Positions 60,569 to 64,000 of a DNA stretch of 64,000 nucleotides are shown piece by piece; the first letter of the stretch is position 1, and the number at the start of each line of letters is the position of its first letter. Source of the DNA: an uncultured Gemmatimonadales bacterium. Lineage in GTDB: Bacteria; Gemmatimonadota; Gemmatimonadetes; Gemmatimonadales; GWC2-71-9. The position numbers and the translations under genes were made by a program. Location: the NCBI GenBank assembly GCA_963730185.1, contig CAVSQW010000006.1, positions 256,001 to 320,000 of the forward strand. The letters are read 5' to 3'. Under the pieces are notes generated by a model, which saw only the letters and a list, made by a program, of their open reading frames with translations, did not search any database and was not told the origin of the DNA.

Positions 60569-60919
60569 GACGGTCCAATGACGTAGGGTGACTAACTCAC
60601 CAACGTCACGCTCCCGCCACCGCTGGTCCGGCGGTTTACGAACTCAAGCCTCGTAACCTGAGAACGTAGGCCTGGACGGGTGGGTCGGCAAGGCGCCCCT
60701 GCGGCGCGGTCGGGAGTGTGCCCCCAACCCGCTCGAAGCAGATATACGAGTTGAGACGTTTTCGAAATTGGCGAGCGAACGACCGCCCACCCAGGTACCC
60801 GGTCGCACGACTCGCGGACGCCGCCCTCCGAATCGAGCCCACGCCCGCGGGACGCCTGGACCACGATCGCTGACCGGAGGGGCCCCGAGCGCGACCCCAC
60901 CCCCAGCTACATTGCCGTG

Positions 60920-61513
60920 ATGGAGACCCCGCCCCTCGACGGCATCCTCGCCTTCCTCCGCTCCGCCGAGCGCCTGAAGGTCACCCGCCGGAGCGCGTAC
61001 ACCACGACCGGTGAGGTCGAGAGCGTGGCGGAGCACACCTGGCGCCTCTGCCTGATGGCGCTGGTGCTGGGCCGGGCCCTTCCCGGCACGGATGTCGACA
61101 AGCTGATCCGGATCTGCCTGGTCCACGACCTCGGCGAAGCGATCTCGGGCGACGTGCCGGCGCCCGAGCAGGTCCGGCGCCTGGCCCGGGACCCGACCGA
61201 CGCCAAGGCGGCCGCCGAACGCCGCGACCTCCTCACCCTGCTCGAGCCGCTCCCGGAAGCGATCCGGGCCGAGCTCACGGCGCTCTGGGACGAGTACGAG
61301 GCGGCCAAGTCGCCCGAGGCCCGCCTGGCCAAGGCGCTCGACAAACTGGAGACCATCCTCCAGCACACCCAGGGCAAGAACCCGCCCGGGTTCGACTACC
61401 GCTTCAACCTGGGCTACGGCCGCGAGTACACGAGCGGGCCGCCGCTGGTCGCCGCCCTCCGCGACCGGCTCGACCGTGAAACCGAGCGACGCGCCACCGA
61501 GCCCGGGGGGTGA
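60920..61513 (+). CDS. HD-domain hydrolase (HD_3 / YfbR-like)
   Basis: LK...R, ESVAEHTWR, VHDLGEA..GD and DKLE motifs. Confidence 0.9.
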   Translation: METPPLDGILAFLRSAERLKVTRRSAYTTTGEVESVAEHTWRLCLMALVLGRALPGTDVDKLIRICLVHDLGEAISGDVPAPEQVRRLARDPTDAKAAAERRDLLTLLEPLPEAIRAELTALWDEYEAAKSPEARLAKALDKLETILQHTQGKNPPGFDYRFNLGYGREYTSGPPLVAALRDRLDRETERRATEPGG

Positions 61514-61562
61514 TAAGTTTCCCGCCCCCGACCCCACTAGGACCCTCGACCCGGGACTCGAC

Positions 61563-62339
61563 ATGAGCCAGGACCCCATTCTGCTCGAGACGCGCGACGC
61601 CATCGCCCGGATCACCCTCAACCGCCCCGACGTCCTCAACAGCTTCGACGACTCGATGTTCGCTCGAACCCTCGAGGTGCTGGATACCGTGGCCCGAGAT
61701 CCCTCGATCCGCGCCGTCTATCTCACCGGCGCGGGCCGGGCGTTCTGCGCCGGCCAGGACATCAGCCGCGGGGTTCCCAAAGGGGCCTATGGCGACCACC
61801 TCCGTCGCCACTGGAACCCGATCGTGCTCGCGATGCGCGCCCTCGACCGGCCCATCGTCTGCGCCGTGAACGGGGTGGCGGCGGGCGCCGGCGCCAACCT
61901 CGCCCTCGCCGCCGATTTCGTCGTCGCGGCCGAGGAGGCCTCGTTCATCCAGGCGTTCATCAACATCGGCCTGGTGCCCGATACCGGCGGAACCTGGACC
62001 CTCCCGAAGCTGGTCGGCCCCGCGCGCGCCGCCCAGCTGCTGATGCTCGGCGAGAAGCTGCCGGCACGCCAGGCGGCCGAGTGGGGCCTGATCTACCAGG
62101 CCTGCCCCCTGGCCGACCTGGAAAAGGAGGCCTGGGCCCTGGCAACCCGGCTGGCCGCAATGCCGACCCTTGCCTTCGGCCTGCTCAAGCACTTGATCGA
62201 CGGATCCGGCCACCGGACCCTGGCCGCCCAGCTCGAGGCGGAAGCCGACGCCCAGACCATCGCCGGCCGAAGTGCGGATCATCAGGAGGGCGTCCAGGCG
62301 TTCGGCCAGAAGCGGAAGCCGGCGTTCGGAGGGAAGTAG
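61563..62339 (+). CDS. paaG: Ring-1,2-epoxyphenylacetyl-CoA isomerase (crotonase family)
   Basis: LNRPDVLNSF, AFCAGQD, VNGVAAGAGANLALA.D and GLVPDTGG motifs; first gene of paaG-H-I. Confidence 0.85.
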   Translation: MSQDPILLETRDAIARITLNRPDVLNSFDDSMFARTLEVLDTVARDPSIRAVYLTGAGRAFCAGQDISRGVPKGAYGDHLRRHWNPIVLAMRALDRPIVCAVNGVAAGAGANLALAADFVVAAEEASFIQAFINIGLVPDTGGTWTLPKLVGPARAAQLLMLGEKLPARQAAEWGLIYQACPLADLEKEAWALATRLAAMPTLAFGLLKHLIDGSGHRTLAAQLEAEADAQTIAGRSADHQEGVQAFGQKRKPAFGGK

Positions 62340-62387
62340 GCCGGTGGACGGACCGACGCCTGGACCGAACGCAACCGAAACGGGAGA

Positions 62388-63584
62388 GTGGATCGCGTGA
62401 CGACGCTGGATGGAAAGACGGTGGTCGGAGTGCTGGGAGCCGGGACGATGGGCGCCGGGATCGCGCAGGTAGCGGCGGTCGCCGGGCACCGGGTCGTCGT
62501 GGTCGACGCCCGCCCCGACGCCGTCGACACCGCCCGCGCCTCGGTCTCCAAAATCCTTGCCCGCCAGGTCGAGAAGGGGCGGATGACGGCCGAGCAGGTG
62601 GCCGACGTCGAGGGCCGGATGACCTTCACCCCCGCGACGGAGGCGCTGGCGGAGCTCGCCCCCGCCGGTCTCGTGATCGAGGCCATCGTCGAAGATCTCG
62701 CCGTCAAGCGCGACGTCTTCCGCCGCCTCGAGGCCGCGACCGGCGCCGACACCGTGCTCGGCACCAACACCTCGTCGCTCTCCGTCACCGCCATCGCGGC
62801 GGCCTGCGAGAGGCCCGAACGGGTGATCGGCATCCACTTCTTCAATCCGGCGCCGCTCCTGCCCCTGGTCGAAGTGGTCCCCGGGCTCGCGACCACCTCG
62901 GCGCTGGTCGATCGGGTCCGCGGGCTGATGACCGCCTGGGGCAAGTCGCCGGCGGTGGCGTCGGACACGCCCGGGTTCATCGTCAACCGGGTCGCCCGGC
63001 CCTTCTACAGCGAGGCACTCCGGATCGCCGAGGAAGGGCTGGCCTCGCCGGCGACGATCGACTGGGCGATGCGCGAGGGCGGCAAGTTCCGGATGGGACC
63101 GTTCGAGTTGATGGACCTGATCGGCCACGACGTGAACTACGCCGTGACCGAGTCGGTCTTCGCGGCGTTCGGCTACGATCCCCGGTACCGGCCGTCGGTG
63201 CTCCAGCGCCGCCTGGTCGACGCGGGCCGGCTGGGCCGCAAGTCGGGCCAGGGGTTCTTCGACTACCGGGGCGGCGCCGTGAACCCGGAGCCCGATCGAG
63301 ACCAGGCGAACATCACTCTGGTCTTCCCCCGGATCCTGGCCCTGCTGGTGAATCAGGCCGCCGATGCGCTCTTCTGGGGAGTGGCCAGCCGGGAGGACAT
63401 CGACACCGCCATGACCAAAGGCGTGAACTACCCCAAGGGTCTCCTGGCCTGGGGCGACGAGATCGGCCTCCCCGAGATCCTGGACCGGCTCGACCAGCTC
63501 CACACCGAATACGGCGAGGATCGCTACCGGGCCAGCCCCCTGCTCCGCCGCTTGGCGGGCGAGGGGACGACCTTCTTCGGATGA
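62388..63584 (+). CDS. paaH: 3-hydroxyacyl-CoA dehydrogenase PaaH
   Basis: GAGTMGAG, NTSS, HFFNP, PGFIVNR and MGPF motifs, plus a second C-domain (GVNYPKG). Confidence 0.9.
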   Translation: MDRVTTLDGKTVVGVLGAGTMGAGIAQVAAVAGHRVVVVDARPDAVDTARASVSKILARQVEKGRMTAEQVADVEGRMTFTPATEALAELAPAGLVIEAIVEDLAVKRDVFRRLEAATGADTVLGTNTSSLSVTAIAAACERPERVIGIHFFNPAPLLPLVEVVPGLATTSALVDRVRGLMTAWGKSPAVASDTPGFIVNRVARPFYSEALRIAEEGLASPATIDWAMREGGKFRMGPFELMDLIGHDVNYAVTESVFAAFGYDPRYRPSVLQRRLVDAGRLGRKSGQGFFDYRGGAVNPEPDRDQANITLVFPRILALLVNQAADALFWGVASREDIDTAMTKGVNYPKGLLAWGDEIGLPEILDRLDQLHTEYGEDRYRASPLLRRLAGEGTTFFG

Positions 63585-64000
63585 CCGACCCGGCCGGGCA
63601 GGCGCTCGCGGAACAGGTGGTCGCGGCCATGATGGCGAGCGACCAGTACAGCCGCTGGCTGGGCGTCGAGATTCTCGACGTGAAGCCGGCTCGGGTGTCG
63701 ATCCGGATGACCGTTCGGCGGGAGATGCTCAACGGGTTCGCCGTCTGCCACGGCGGGGTGACCTTCGCGTTCGCCGACTCGGCCTTCGCGTTCGCCTGCA
63801 ACACTCAGGGCAACGTGGCGGTGAGCATCCAGAACAGCATGACCTACCCGGCGGCGGTCCGCGAGGGCGACGTGCTCACCGCCGACGCCCGGGAAACCAG
63901 CCGCAGCAACCGGATCCTCTATTACGACGTGGCGGTGACCCGCGCCGACGGCACGACCGTTGGGCTCTTCCGGGGCACCGCCTACCGAACCGAGAAGCCC
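63581..64000 (+). CDS. paaI: Phenylacetyl-CoA thioesterase PaaI (runs off the window end)
   Basis: Translated by hand: MTDPAGQ...MLNGFAVCHGGVTFAFADSAFAFACN...LFRG; ATGA overlap with paaH. Confidence 0.9.
   Translation, partial: MTDPAGQALAEQVVAAMMASDQYSRWLGVEILDVKPARVSIRMTVRREMLNGFAVCHGGVTFAFADSAFAFACNTQGNVAVSIQNSMTYPAAVREGDVLTADARETSRSNRILYYDVAVTRADGTTVGLFRGTAYRTEKP

Noticed and set aside
60590..60900. Riboswitch (e.g. c-di-GMP) upstream of the large regulator
   Set aside because: No recognisable aptamer consensus on either strand by eye; a covariance-model search is needed.

Overview
High-GC bacterial chromosomal segment. The gene complement and protein styles resemble Gemmatimonadota, which is an inference. 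I saw no rRNA, tRNA, CRISPR array or transposase/integrase. The left part (1-24 kb) is largely housekeeping: a frameshifted alpha-2-macroglobulin, an Ig-containing OmpA, tesA-ybbAP, fabI, glpQ, a caa3-type oxidase operon ctaCDEF, greA and an orphan groES. Phenylacetate (paa) genes are dispersed across the window: paaZ, paaJ and paaG-H-I. Between paaZ and paaJ lies an ~27 kb accessory-looking block with six parts: (1) a polyamine/GABA catabolic operon; (2) a TetR divergent from a 2-oxoacid dehydrogenase E1a/E1b/E2 operon; (3) three membrane-anchored beta-lactamase-like serine hydrolases plus CocE and SnoaL genes behind an ECF-type promoter; (4) a P450-ferredoxin pair; (5) an S9 peptidase homologue lacking the usual Asp/His; (6) a decayed operon of secreted FN3 proteins. 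Four signals stand out. A 14-bp PaaR-like operator is shared by the TetR/E1 promoter and the P450 promoter. A 1371-aa transmembrane SARP-STAND-beta-propeller regulator has helically phased TGAC boxes at its own start, and similar boxes lie upstream of the FN3 operon. greA has a leader containing a uORF and a terminator-like hairpin. Several genes carry frameshifts.
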